This document shows positions 50,801 to 62,400 of a stretch of 64,000 bases of DNA, one piece after another; the first letter of the stretch is position 1, and every line of letters starts with the position of its first letter. The stretch is from Eledone cirrhosa. Taxonomy: Eukaryota. Location: contig OZ024758.1 of NCBI GenBank assembly GCA_964016885.1, forward strand, positions 39,060,001-39,124,000, given 5' to 3'. The notes under the pieces were generated by a model. The model saw nothing but the letters and a program-made list of their open reading frames with translations. It was not told where the DNA came from and made no database searches. Both the position numbers and the translations under genes were made by a program.

Positions 50801-53180
50801 GTTTGTCAGAAGTAACTCCACTGTTGGTGAGAATTCATTTAAGTCATGGTATTAGTTGTCAGAAGTAACTCCAATGTTGGTGAGAATTCATTTAAGTTCA
50901 TGGTATTAGCTGTCAGAAGGAACTCCACTGTTGATGAGAATTCATTTAAGTTCATGGTATTAGCTGTCAGAAGGAACTCCAATGTTGGTGAGAATTCATT
51001 TAAGTCATGGTACTAGCTGTCAGATGTAACTCCACTGTTGGTGAGAATTCATTTAAGTTCATGGTATTAGCTGTCAGAAGGAACGCCACTGTTGGTGAGA
51101 ATTCATTTAAATTCATGGTATTAGCTGTCAGAAGTAACTCCACTGTTGGTGAGAATTCATTTAAGTTCATGGTACTAGCTGTCAGAAGTAACTCCAATGT
51201 TGGTGAGAATTCATTTAAGTTCATGGTATTAGCTGTCAGAAGTAACTCCACTGTTGGTGAGAATTCATTTAAGTTCATGGTATTAGCTGTCAGAAGTCAC
51301 TCCAATGTTGGTGAGAATTCATTTATGTCATGGTACTAGCTGTCAGAAGTAACTCCACTGTTGGTGAGAATTCATTTAAGTTCATTGTATTAGCTGTCAG
51401 AAGGAACGCCACTGTTGGTGAGAATTCATTTAAGTTCATGGTATTAGCTGTCAGAAGTAACTCCACTGTTGGTGAGAATTCATTTAAGTTCATGGTACTA
51501 GCTGTCAGAAGTAACTCCAATGTTGGTGAGAATTCATTTAAGTTCATGGTATTAGCTGTCAGAAGGAACTCCACTGTTGCTGAGAATTCATTTAAGTTCA
51601 TGGTATTAGCTGTCAGAAGTAACTCCACTGTTGGTGAGAATTCATTTAAGTTCATGGTACTAGCTGTCAGAAGTCACTCCACTGTTGGTGAGAATACATT
51701 TAAGTTCATGGTACTAGCTGTCAGAAGTAACCCCAATGTTGGTGAGAATTCATTTAAGTTCATGGTATTAGCTGTCAGAAGTCACTCCAATGTTGATGAG
51801 AATTCATTTAAGTTCATGGTATTAGCTGTCAGAAGTAACTCCACTGTTGGTAAGAATTCATTTAAGTTCATGGTATTAGCTGTCAGAAGTAACTCCACTG
51901 TTGGTGAGAATTCATTTAAGTTCATGGTATTAGCTGTCAGAAGGAACGCCACTGTTGGTGAGAATTCATTTAAGTTCATGGTATTAGCTGTCAGAAGTAA
52001 CTCCACTGTTGGTGAGAATTCATTTAAGTTCATGGTACTAGCTGTCAGAAGTAACTCCACTGTTGGTGAGAATTCATTTAAGTTCATGGTATTAGCTGTC
52101 AGAAGTCACTCCAATGTTGGTGAGAATTCATTTAAGTTCATGGTATTAGCTGTCAGAAGTCACTCCACTGTTGGTGAGAATTCATTTAAGTTCATGGTAC
52201 TAGCTGTCAGAAGTAACCCCAATGTTGGTGAGAATTCATTTAAGTTCATGGTATTAGCTGTCAGAAGTCACTCCAATGTTGGTGAGAATTCATTTAAGTT
52301 CATGGTATTAGCTGTCAGAAGTAACTCCACTGTTGGTGAGAATTCATTTAAGTTCATGGTATTAGCTGTCAGAAGTAACTCCACTGTTGGTGAGAATTCA
52401 TTTAAGTCATGGTATTAGCTGTCAGAAGTAACTCCAATGTTGGTGAGAATTCATTTAAGTTCATGGTATTAGCTGTCAGAAGTCACTCCACTGTTGGTGA
52501 GAATTCATTTAAGTTCATGGTACTAGCTGTCAGAAGTAACCCCAATGTTGGTGAGAATTCATTTAAGTTCATGGTATTAGCTGTCAGAAGTCACTCCAAT
52601 GTTGGTGAGAATTAATTTAAGTTCATGGTATTAGCTGTCAGAAGTAACTCCACTGTTGGTGAGAATTCATTTAAGTTCATGGTATTAGCTGTCAGAAGTA
52701 ACTCCACTGTTGGTGAGAATTCATTTAAGTTCATGGTATTAGCTGTCAGAAGTAACTCCACTGTTGGTGAGAATTCATTTAAGTTCATGGTATTAGCTGT
52801 CAGAAGTAACTCCACTGTTGGTGAGAATTCATTTAAGTTCATGGTATTAGCTGTCAGAAGGAACGCCACTGTTGGTGAGAATTCATTTAAATTCATGGTA
52901 TTAGCTGTCAGAGGTAACTCCACTGTTGGTGAGAATTCATTTAAGTTCATGGTACTAGCTGTGAGAAGTAACTCCAATGTTGGTGAGAATTCATTTAAGT
53001 TCATGGTATTAGCTGTCAGAAGGAATTCCACTGTTGCTGAGAATTCATTTAAGTTCATGGTATTAGCTGTCAGAAGTAACTCCACTGTTGGTGAGAATTC
53101 ATTTAAGTTCATGGTACTAGCTGTCAGAAGTAACTCCACTGTTGGTGAGAATTCATTTAAGTTCATGGTATTAGCTGTCA
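44840..53180. repeat. Tandem duplication, offset 4,585/4,531 bp, with a nested 701-bp (13-monomer) duplication at 47878-49279
   Basis: Shared private variants: ATGTTA 45613/50198, AACCTC 46012/50543, CACTCG 46174/50705, GTTGAT 46399/50930. Block starts 46476/51007, 46799/51330 and 47878/52409 match. The nested copy has 47878/48579 and 48094/48795 offset by 701. Confidence 0.9.
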
Positions 53181-56100
53181 GAAGTCACTCCAATGTTGGT
53201 GAGAATTCATTTAAGTTCATGGTATTAGCTGTCAGAAGTCACTCCACTGTTGGTGAGAATTCATTTAAGTTCATGGTACTAGCTGTCAGAAGTAACCCCA
53301 ATGTTGGTGAGAATTCATTTAAGTTCATGGTATTAGCTGTCAGAAGTCACTCCAATGTTGGTGAGAATTCATTTAAGTTCATGGTATTAGCTGTCAGAAG
53401 TAACACCACTGTTGGTGAGAATTCATTTAAGTTCATGGTATTAGTTTGTCAGAAGTAACTCCACTGTTGGTGAGAATTCATTTAAGTCATGGTATTAGTT
53501 GTCAGAAGTAACTCCAATGTTGGTGAGAATTCATTTAAGTTCATGGTATTAGCTGTCAGAAGGAACTCCACTGTTGGTGAGAATTCATTTAAGTTCATGG
53601 TATTAGCTGTCAGAAGGAACTCCAATGTTGGTGAGAATTCATTTAAGACATGGTACTAGCTGTCAGATGTAACTCCACTGTTGGTGAGAATTCATTTAAG
53701 TTCATGGTATTAGCTGTCAGAACGAACGCCACTGTTGGTGAGAATTCATTTAAATTCATGGTATTAGCTGTCAGAAGTAACTCCACTGTTGGTGAGAATT
53801 CATTTAAGTTCATGGTACTAGCTGTCAGAAGTAACTCCAATGTTGGTGAGAATTCATTTAAGTTCATGGTATTAGCTGTCAGAAGTAACTCCACTGTTGG
53901 TGAGAATTCATTTAAGTTCATGGTATTAGCTGTCAGAAGTCACTCCAATGTTGGTGAGAATTCATTTATGTCATGGTACTAGCTGTCAGAAGTAACTCCA
54001 CTGTTGGTGAGAATTCATTTAAGTTCATTGTATTAGCTGTCAGAAGGAACGCCACTGTTGGTGAGAATTCATTTAAGTTCATGGTATTAGCTGTCAGAAG
54101 TAACTCCACTGTTGGTGAGAATTCATTTAAGTTCATGGTACTAGCTGTCAGAAATAACTCCAATGTTGGTGAGAATTCATTTAAGTTCATGGTATTAGCT
54201 GTCAGAAGGAACTCCACTGTTGCTGAGAATTCATTTAAGTTCATGGTATTAGCTGTCAGAAGTAACTCCACTGTTGGTGAGAATTCATTTAAGTTCGTGG
54301 TACTAGCTGTCAGAAGTCACTCCACTGTTGGTGAGAATACATTTAAGTTCATGGTACTAGCTGTCAGAAGTAACCCCAATGTTGGTGAGAATTCATTTAA
54401 GTTCATGGTATTAGCTGTCAGAAGTCACTCCAATGTTGATGAGAATTCATTTAAGTTCATGGTATTAGCTGTCAGAAGTAACTCCACTGTTGGTAAGAAT
54501 TCATTTAAGTTCATGGTATTAGCTGTCAGAAGTAACTCCACTGTTGGTGAGAATTCATTTAAGTTCATGGTATTAGCTGTCAGAAGGAACGCCACTGTTG
54601 GTGAGAATTCATTTAAGTTCATGGTATTAGCTGTCAGAAGTAACTCCACTGTTGGTGAGAATTCATTTAAGTTCATGGTACTAGCTGTCAGAAGTAACTC
54701 CACTGTTGGTGAGAATTCATTTAAGTTCATGGTATTAGCTGTCAGAAGTCACTCCAATGTTGGTGAGAATTCATTTAAGTTCATGGTATTAGCTGTCAGA
54801 AGTCACTCCACTGTTGGTGAGAATTCATTTAAGTTCATGGTACTAGCTGTCAGAAGTAACCCCAATGTTGGTGAGAATTCATTTAAGTTCATGGTATTAG
54901 CTGTCAGAAGTCACTCCAATGTTGGTGAGAATTCATTTAAGTTCATGGTATTAGCTGTCAGAAGTAACTCCACTGTTGGTGAGAATTCATTTAAGTTTAT
55001 GGTATTAGCTGTCAGAAGTAACTCCACTGTTGGTGAGAATTCATTTAAGTCATGGTATTAGCTGTCAGAAGTAACTCCAATGTTGGTGAGAATTCATTTA
55101 AGTTCATGGTATTAGCTGTCAGAAGTCACTCCACTGTTGGTGAGAATTCATTTAAGTTCATGGTACTAGCTGTCAGAAGTAACCCCAATGTTGGTGAGAA
55201 TTCATTTAAGTTCATGGTATTAGCTGTCAGAAGTCACTCCAATGTTGGTGAGAATTAATTTAAGTTCATGGTATTAGCTGTCAGAAGTAACTCCACTGTT
55301 GGTGAGAATTCATTTAAGTTCATGGTATTAGCTCTCAGAAGTAACTCCACTGTTGGTGAGAATTCATTTAAGTTCATGGTATTAGCTGTCAGAAGTAACT
55401 CCACTGTTTGTGAGAATTCATTTAAGTTCATGGTATTAGCTGTCAGAAGTAACTCCACTGTTGGTGAGAATTCATTTAAGTTCATGGTATTAGCTGTCAG
55501 AAGGAACGCCACTGTTGGTGAGAATTCATTTAAATTCATGGTATTAGCTGTCAGAGGTAACTCCACTGTTGGTGAGAATTCATTTAAGTTCATGGTACTA
55601 GCTGTGAGAAGTAACTCCAATGTTGGTGAGAATTCATTTAAGTTCATGGTATTAGCTGTCAGAAGGAATTCCACTGTTGCTGAGAATTCATTTAAGTTCA
55701 TGGTATTAGCTGTCAGAAGTAACTCCACTGTTGGTGAGAATTCATTTAAGTTCATGGTACTAGCTGTCAGAAGTAACTCCACTGTTGGTGAGAATTCATT
55801 TAAGTTCATGGTATTAGCTGTCAGAAGTCACTCCAATGTTGGTGAGAATTCATTTAAGTTCATGGTATTAGCTGTCAGAAGTCACTCCACTGTTGGTGAG
55901 AATTCATTTAAGTTCATGGTACTAGCTGTCAGAAGTAACCCCAATGTTGGTGAGAATTCATTTAAGTTCATGGTATTAGCTGTCAGAAGTCACTCCAATG
56001 TTGGTGAGAATTCATTTAAGTTCATGGTATTAGCTGTCAGAAGTAACACCACTGTTGGTGAGAATTCATTTAAGTTCATGGTATTAGTTTGTCAGAAGTA

Positions 56101-59100
56101 ACTCCACTGTTGGTGAGAATTCATTTAAGTCATGGTATTAGTTGTCAGAAGTAACTCCAATGTTGGTGAGAATTAATTTAAGTTCATGGTATTAGCTGTC
56201 AGAAGGAACTCCACTGTTGGTGAGAATTCATTTAAGTTCATGGTATTAGCTGTCAGAAGGAACTCCAATGTTGGTGAGAATTCATTTAAGTCATGGTACT
56301 AGCTGTCAGATGTAACTCCACTGTTGGTGAGAATTCATTTAAGTTCATGGTATTAGCTGTCAGAAGGAACGCCACTGTTGGTGAGAATTCATTTAAGTTC
56401 ATGGTATTAGCTGTCAGAAGTAACTCCACTGTTGGTGAGAATTCATTTAAGTTCATGGTACTAGCTGTCAGAAGTAACTCCAATGTTGGTGAGAATTCAT
56501 TTAAGTTCATGATATTAGCTGTCAGAAGGAACTCCACTGTTGGTGAGAATTCATTTAAGTTCATGGTATTAGCTGTCAGAAGTAACTCCACTGTTGGTGA
56601 GAATTCATTTAAGTCATGGTATTAGCTGTCAGAAGTAACTCCATTGTTGGTGAGAATTCATTTAAGTCATGGTACTAGCTGTCAGAAGTAACTCCAATGT
56701 TGGTGAGAATTCATTTAAGTTCATGTTATTAGCTGTCAGAAGTCACTCCAATGTTGGTGAGAATTCATTTAAGTTCATGGTATTAGCTGTCAGAAGTCAC
56801 TCCACTGTTGGTGAGAATTCATTTAAGTTCATGGTACTAGCTGTCAGAAGTAACCCCAATGTTGGTGAGAATTCATTTAAGTTCATGGTATTAGCTGTCA
56901 GAAGTCACTCCAATGTTGGTGAGAATTCATTTAGGTTCATGGTATTAGCTGTCAGAAGTAACTCCACTGTTGGTGAGAATTCATTTAAGTTCATGGTATT
57001 AGCTGTCAGAAGTAACTCCACTGTTGGTGAGAATTCATTTAAGTTCATGGTACTAGCTGTCAGAAGTAACTCCACTGTTGGTGAGAATTCATTTAAGTTC
57101 ATGGTATTAGCTGTCAGAAGTCACTCCAATGTTGGTGAGAATTCATTTAAGTTCATGGTATTAGCTGTCAGAAGTCACTCCACCGTTGGTGAGAATTCAT
57201 TTAAGTTCATGGTACTAGCTGTCAGAAGTAACCCCAATGTTGGTGAGAATTCATTTAAGTTCATGGTATTAGCTGTCAGAAGTCACTCCAATGTTGGTGA
57301 GAATTCATTTAAGTTCATGGTATTAGCTGTCAGAAGTAACTCCACTGTTGGTGAGAATTCATTTAAGTTCATGGTATTAGCTGTCAGAAGTAACTCCACT
57401 GTTGGTGAGAATTCATTTAAGTCATGGTATTAGCTGTCAGAAGTAACTCCAATGTTGGTGAGAATTCATTTAAGTTCATGGTATTAGCTGTCAGAAGTCA
57501 CTCCACTGTTGGTGAGAATTCATTTAAGTTCATGGTACTAGCTGTCAGAAGTAACCCCAATGTTGGTGAGAATTCATTTAAGTTCATGGTATTAGCTGTC
57601 AGAAGTCACTCCAATGTTGGTGAGAATTAATTTAAGTTCATGGTATTAGCTGTCAGAAGTAACTCCACTGTTGGTGAGAATTCATTTAAGTTCATGGTAT
57701 TAGCTGTCAGAAGTAACTCCACTGTTGGTGAGAATTCATTTAAGTTCATGGTATTAGCTGTCAGAAGTAACTCCACTGTTGGTGAGAATTCATTTAAGTT
57801 CATGGTATTAGCTGTCAGAAGTAACTCCACTGTTGGTGAGAATTCATTTAAGTTCATGGTATTAGCTGTCAGAAGGAACGCCACTGTTGGTGAGAATTCA
57901 TTTAAATTCATGGTATTAGCTGTCAGAGGTAACTCCACTGTTGGTGAGAATTCATTTAAGTTCATGGTACTAGCTGTGAGAAGTAACTCCAATGTTGGTG
58001 AGAATTCATTTAAGTTCATGGTATTAGCTGTCAGAAGGAATTCCACTGTTGCTGAGAATTCATTTAAGTTCATGGTATTAGCTGTCAGAAGTAACTCCAC
58101 TGTTGGTGAGAATTCATTTAAGTTCATGGTACTAGCTGTCAGAAGTAACTCCACTGTTGGTGAGAATTCATTTAAGTTCATGGTATTAGCTGTCAGAAGT
58201 CACTCCAATGTTGGTGAGAATTCATTTAAGTTCATGGTATTAGCTGTCAGAAGTCACTCCACTGTTGGTGAGAATTCATTTAAGTTCATGGTACTAGCTG
58301 TCAGAAGTAACCCCAATGTTGGTGAGAATTCATTTAAGTTCATGGTATTAGCTGTCAGAAGTCACTCCAATGTTGGTGAGAATTCATTTAAGTTCATGGT
58401 ATTAGCTGTCAGAAGTAACACCACTGTTGGTGAGAATTCATTTAAGTTCATGGTATTAGTTTGTCAGAAGTAACTCCACTGTTGGTGAGAATTCATTTAA
58501 GTCATGGTATTAGTTGTCAGAAGTAACTCCAATGTTGGTGAGAATTCATTTAAGTTCATGGTATTAGCTGTCAGAAGGAACTCCACTGTTGGTGAGAATT
58601 CATTTAAGTTCATGGTATTAGCTGTCAGAAGGAACTCCAATGTTGGTGAGAATTCATTTAAGTCATGGTACTAGCTGTCAGATGTAACTCCACTGTTGGT
58701 GAGAATTCATTTAAGTTCATGGTATTAGCTGTCAGAAGGAACGCCACTGTTGGTGAGAATTCATTTAAGTTCATGGTATTAGCTGTCAGAAGTAACTCCA
58801 CTGTTGGTGAGAATTCATTTAAGTTCATGGTACTAGCTGTCAGAAGTAACTCCAATGTTGGTGAGAATTCATTTAAGTTCATGATATTAGCTGTCAGAAG
58901 GAACTCCACTGTTGGTGAGAATTCATTTAAGTTCATGGTATTAGCTGTCAGAAGTAACTCCACTGTTGGTGAGAATTCATTTAAGTCATGGTATTAGCTG
59001 TCAGAAGTAACTCCATTGTTGGTGAGAATTCATTTAAGTCATGGTACTAGCTGTCAGAAGTAACTCCAATGTTGGTGAGAATTCATTTAAGTTCATGGTA

Positions 59101-59400
59101 TTAGCTGTCAGAAGTCACTCCAATGTTGGTGAGAATTCATTTAAGTTCATGGTATTAGCTGTCAGAAGTCACTCCACTGTTGGTGAGAATTCATTTAAGT
59201 TCATGGTACTAGCTGTCAGAAGTAACCCCAATGTTGGTGAGAATTCATTTAAGTTCATGGTATTAGCTGTCAGAAGTCACTCCAATGTTGGTGAGAATTC
59301 ATTTAAGTTCATGGTATTAGCTGTCAGAAGTAACTCCACTGTTGGTGAGAATTCATTTAAGTTCATGGTATTAGCTGTCAGAAGTAACTCCACTGTTGGT
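50792..59400. repeat. Local 49-mer (2,643 bp) then 44-mer (2,372 bp) higher-order repeat domain
   Basis: The marker monomer ATGGTATTAGTTTGTC starts at 50792, 53435, 56078 and 58450 (spacings 2,643, 2,643, 2,372). GAATTAATTT occurs at ~52609, 55252 and 57624 with the same spacings. ATGATA and TCCATT variants occur at ~56509/58881 and ~56640/59012. Confidence 0.9.
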
Positions 59401-62400
59401 GAGTATTCATTTAAGTTCATGGTATTAGCTGTCAGAAGTAACTCCACTGTTGGTGAGAATTCATTTAAGTCATGGTATTAGCTGTCAGAAGTAACTCCAA
59501 TGTTGGTGAGAATTCATTTAAGTTCATGGTATTAGCTGTCAGAAGTCACTCCTCTGTTGGTGAGAATTCATTTAAGTTCATGGTATTAGCTGTCAGAAGT
59601 CACTCCAATGTTGGTGAGAATTCATTTAAGTTCATGGTATTAGCTGTCAGAAGTAACTCCACTGTTGGTGAGAATTCATTTAAGTTCATGGTATTAGCTG
59701 TCAGAAGTAACTCCACTGTTGGTGAGAATTCATTTAAGTTCATGGTATTAGCTGTCAGAAGGAACTCCAATGTTGGTGAGAATTCATTTAAGTCATGGTA
59801 CTAGCTGTCAGAAGTAACTCCACTGTTGGTGAGAATTCATTTAAGTTCATGGTATTAGCTGTCAGAAGGAACGCCACTGTTGGTGAGAATTCATTTAAAT
59901 TCATGGTATTAGCTGTCAGAAGTAACTCCACTGTTGGTGAGAATTCATTTAAGTCCATGGTACTAGCTGTCAGAAGTAACTCCAATGTTGGTGAGAATTC
60001 ATTTAAGTTCATGGTATTAGCTGTCAGAAGTAACTCCACTGTTGGTGAGAATTCATTTAAGTTCATGGTATTAGCTGTCAGAAGTCACTCCAATGTTGGT
60101 GAGAATTCATTTAAGTCATGGTACTAGCTGTCAGAAGTAACTCCACTGTTGGTGAGAATTCATTTAAGTTCATTGTATTAGCTGTCAGAAGTAACTCCAC
60201 TGTTGGTGAGAATTCATTTAAGTTCATGGTACTAGCTGTCAGAAGTAACTCCAATGTTGGTGAGAATTCATTTAAGTTCATGGTATTAGCTGTCAGGAGG
60301 AACTCCACTGTTGCTGAGAATTCATTTAAGTTCATGGTATTAGCTGTCAGAAGTAACTCCACTGTTGGTGAGAATTCATTTAAGTTCATGGTACTAGCTG
60401 TCAGAAGTCACTCCACTGTTGGTGAGAATACATTTAAGTTCATGGTACTAGCTGTCAGAAGTAACCCCAATGTTGGTGAGAATTCATTTAAGTTCATGGT
60501 ATTAGCTGTCAGAAGTCACTCCAATGTTGGTGAGAATTCATTTAAGTTCATGGTATTAGCTGTCAGAAGTAACTCCACTGTTGGTAAGAATTCATTTAAG
60601 TTCATGGTATTAGCTGTCAGAAGTAACTCCACTGTTGGTGAGAATTCATTTAAGTTCATGGTATTAGCTGTCAGAAGGAACGCCACTGTTGGTGAGAATT
60701 CATTTAAGTTCATGGTATTAGCTGTCAGAAGTAACTCCACTGTTGGTGAGAATTCATTTAAGTTCATGGTACTAGCTGTCAGAAGTAACTCCACTGTTGG
60801 TGAGAATTCATTTAAGTTCATGGTATTAGCTGTCAGAAGTCACTCCAATGTTGGTGAGAATTCATTTAAGTTCATGGTATTAGCTGTCAGAAGTCACTCC
60901 ACTGTTGGTGAGAATTCATTTAAGTTCATGGTACTAGCTGTCAGAAGTAACCCCAATGTTGGTGAGAATTCATTTAAGTTCATGGTATTAGCTGTCAGAA
61001 GTCACTCCAATGTTGGTGAGAATTCATTTAAGTTCATGGTATTAGCTGTCAGAAGGAACGCCACTGTTGGTGAGAATTCATTTAAGTTCATGGTATTAGC
61101 TGTCAGAAGTAACTCCACTGTTGGTGAGAATTCATTTAAGTTCATGGTACTAGCTGTCAGACGTAACTCCACTGTTGGTGAGAATTCATTTAAGTTCATG
61201 GTATTAGCTGTCAGAAGGAACTCCAATGTTGGTGAGAATTCATTTAAGTCATGGTACTAGCTGTCAGAAGTAACTCCACTGTTGGTGAGAATTCATTTAA
61301 GTTCATGGTACTAGCTGTCAGAAGTAACTCCACTGTTGGTGAGAATTCATTTAAGTTCATGGTATTAGCTGTCAGAAGTCACTCCAATGTTGGTGAGAAT
61401 TCATTTAAGTTCATGGTATTAGCTGTCAGAAGTCACTCCACTGTTGGTGAGAATTCATTTAAGTTCATGGTACTAGCTGTCAGAAGTAACCCCAATGTTG
61501 GTGAGAATTCATTTAAGTTCATGGTATTAGCTGTCAGAAGTCACTCCAATGTTGGTGAGAATTCATTTAAGTTCATGGTATTAGCTGTCAGAAGTAACTC
61601 CACTGTTGGTAAGAATTCATTTAAGTTCATGGTATTAGCTGTCAGAAGTAACTCCACTGTTGGTGAGAATTCATTTAAGTTCATGGTATTAGCTGTCAGA
61701 AGGAACGCCACTGTTGGTGAGAATTCATTTAAGTTCATGGTATTAGCTGTCAGAAGTAACTCCACTGTTGGTGAGAATTCATTTAAGTTCATGGTACTAG
61801 CTGTCAGAAGTAACTCCACTGTTGGTGAGAATTCATTTAAGTTCATGGTATTAGCTGTCAGAAGTCACTCCAATGTTGGTGAGAATTCATTTAAGTTCAT
61901 GGTATTAGCTGTCAGAAGTCACTCCACTGTTGGTGAGAATTCATTTAAGTTCATGGTACTAGCTGTCAGAAGTAACCCCAATGTTGGTGAGAATTCATTT
62001 AAGTTCATGGTATTAGCTGTCAGAAGTCACTCCAATGTTGGTGAGAATTCATTTAAGTTCATGGTATTAGCTGTCAGAAGTAACTCCACTGTTGGTGAGA
62101 ATTCATTTAAGTTCATGGTATTAGCTGTCAGAAGTAACTCCACTGTTGGTGAGAATTCATTTAAGTCATGGTATTAGCTGTCAGAAGTAACTCCAATGTT
62201 GGTGAGAATTCATTTAAGTTCATGGTATTAGCTGTCAGAAGTCACTCCACTGTTGGTGAGAATTCATTTAAGTTCATGGTACTAGCTGTCAGAAGTAACC
62301 CCAATGTTGGTGAGAATTCATTTAAGTTCATGGTATTAGCTGTCAGAAGTCACTCCAATGTTGGTGAGAATTCATTTAAGTTCATGGTATTAGCTGTCAG

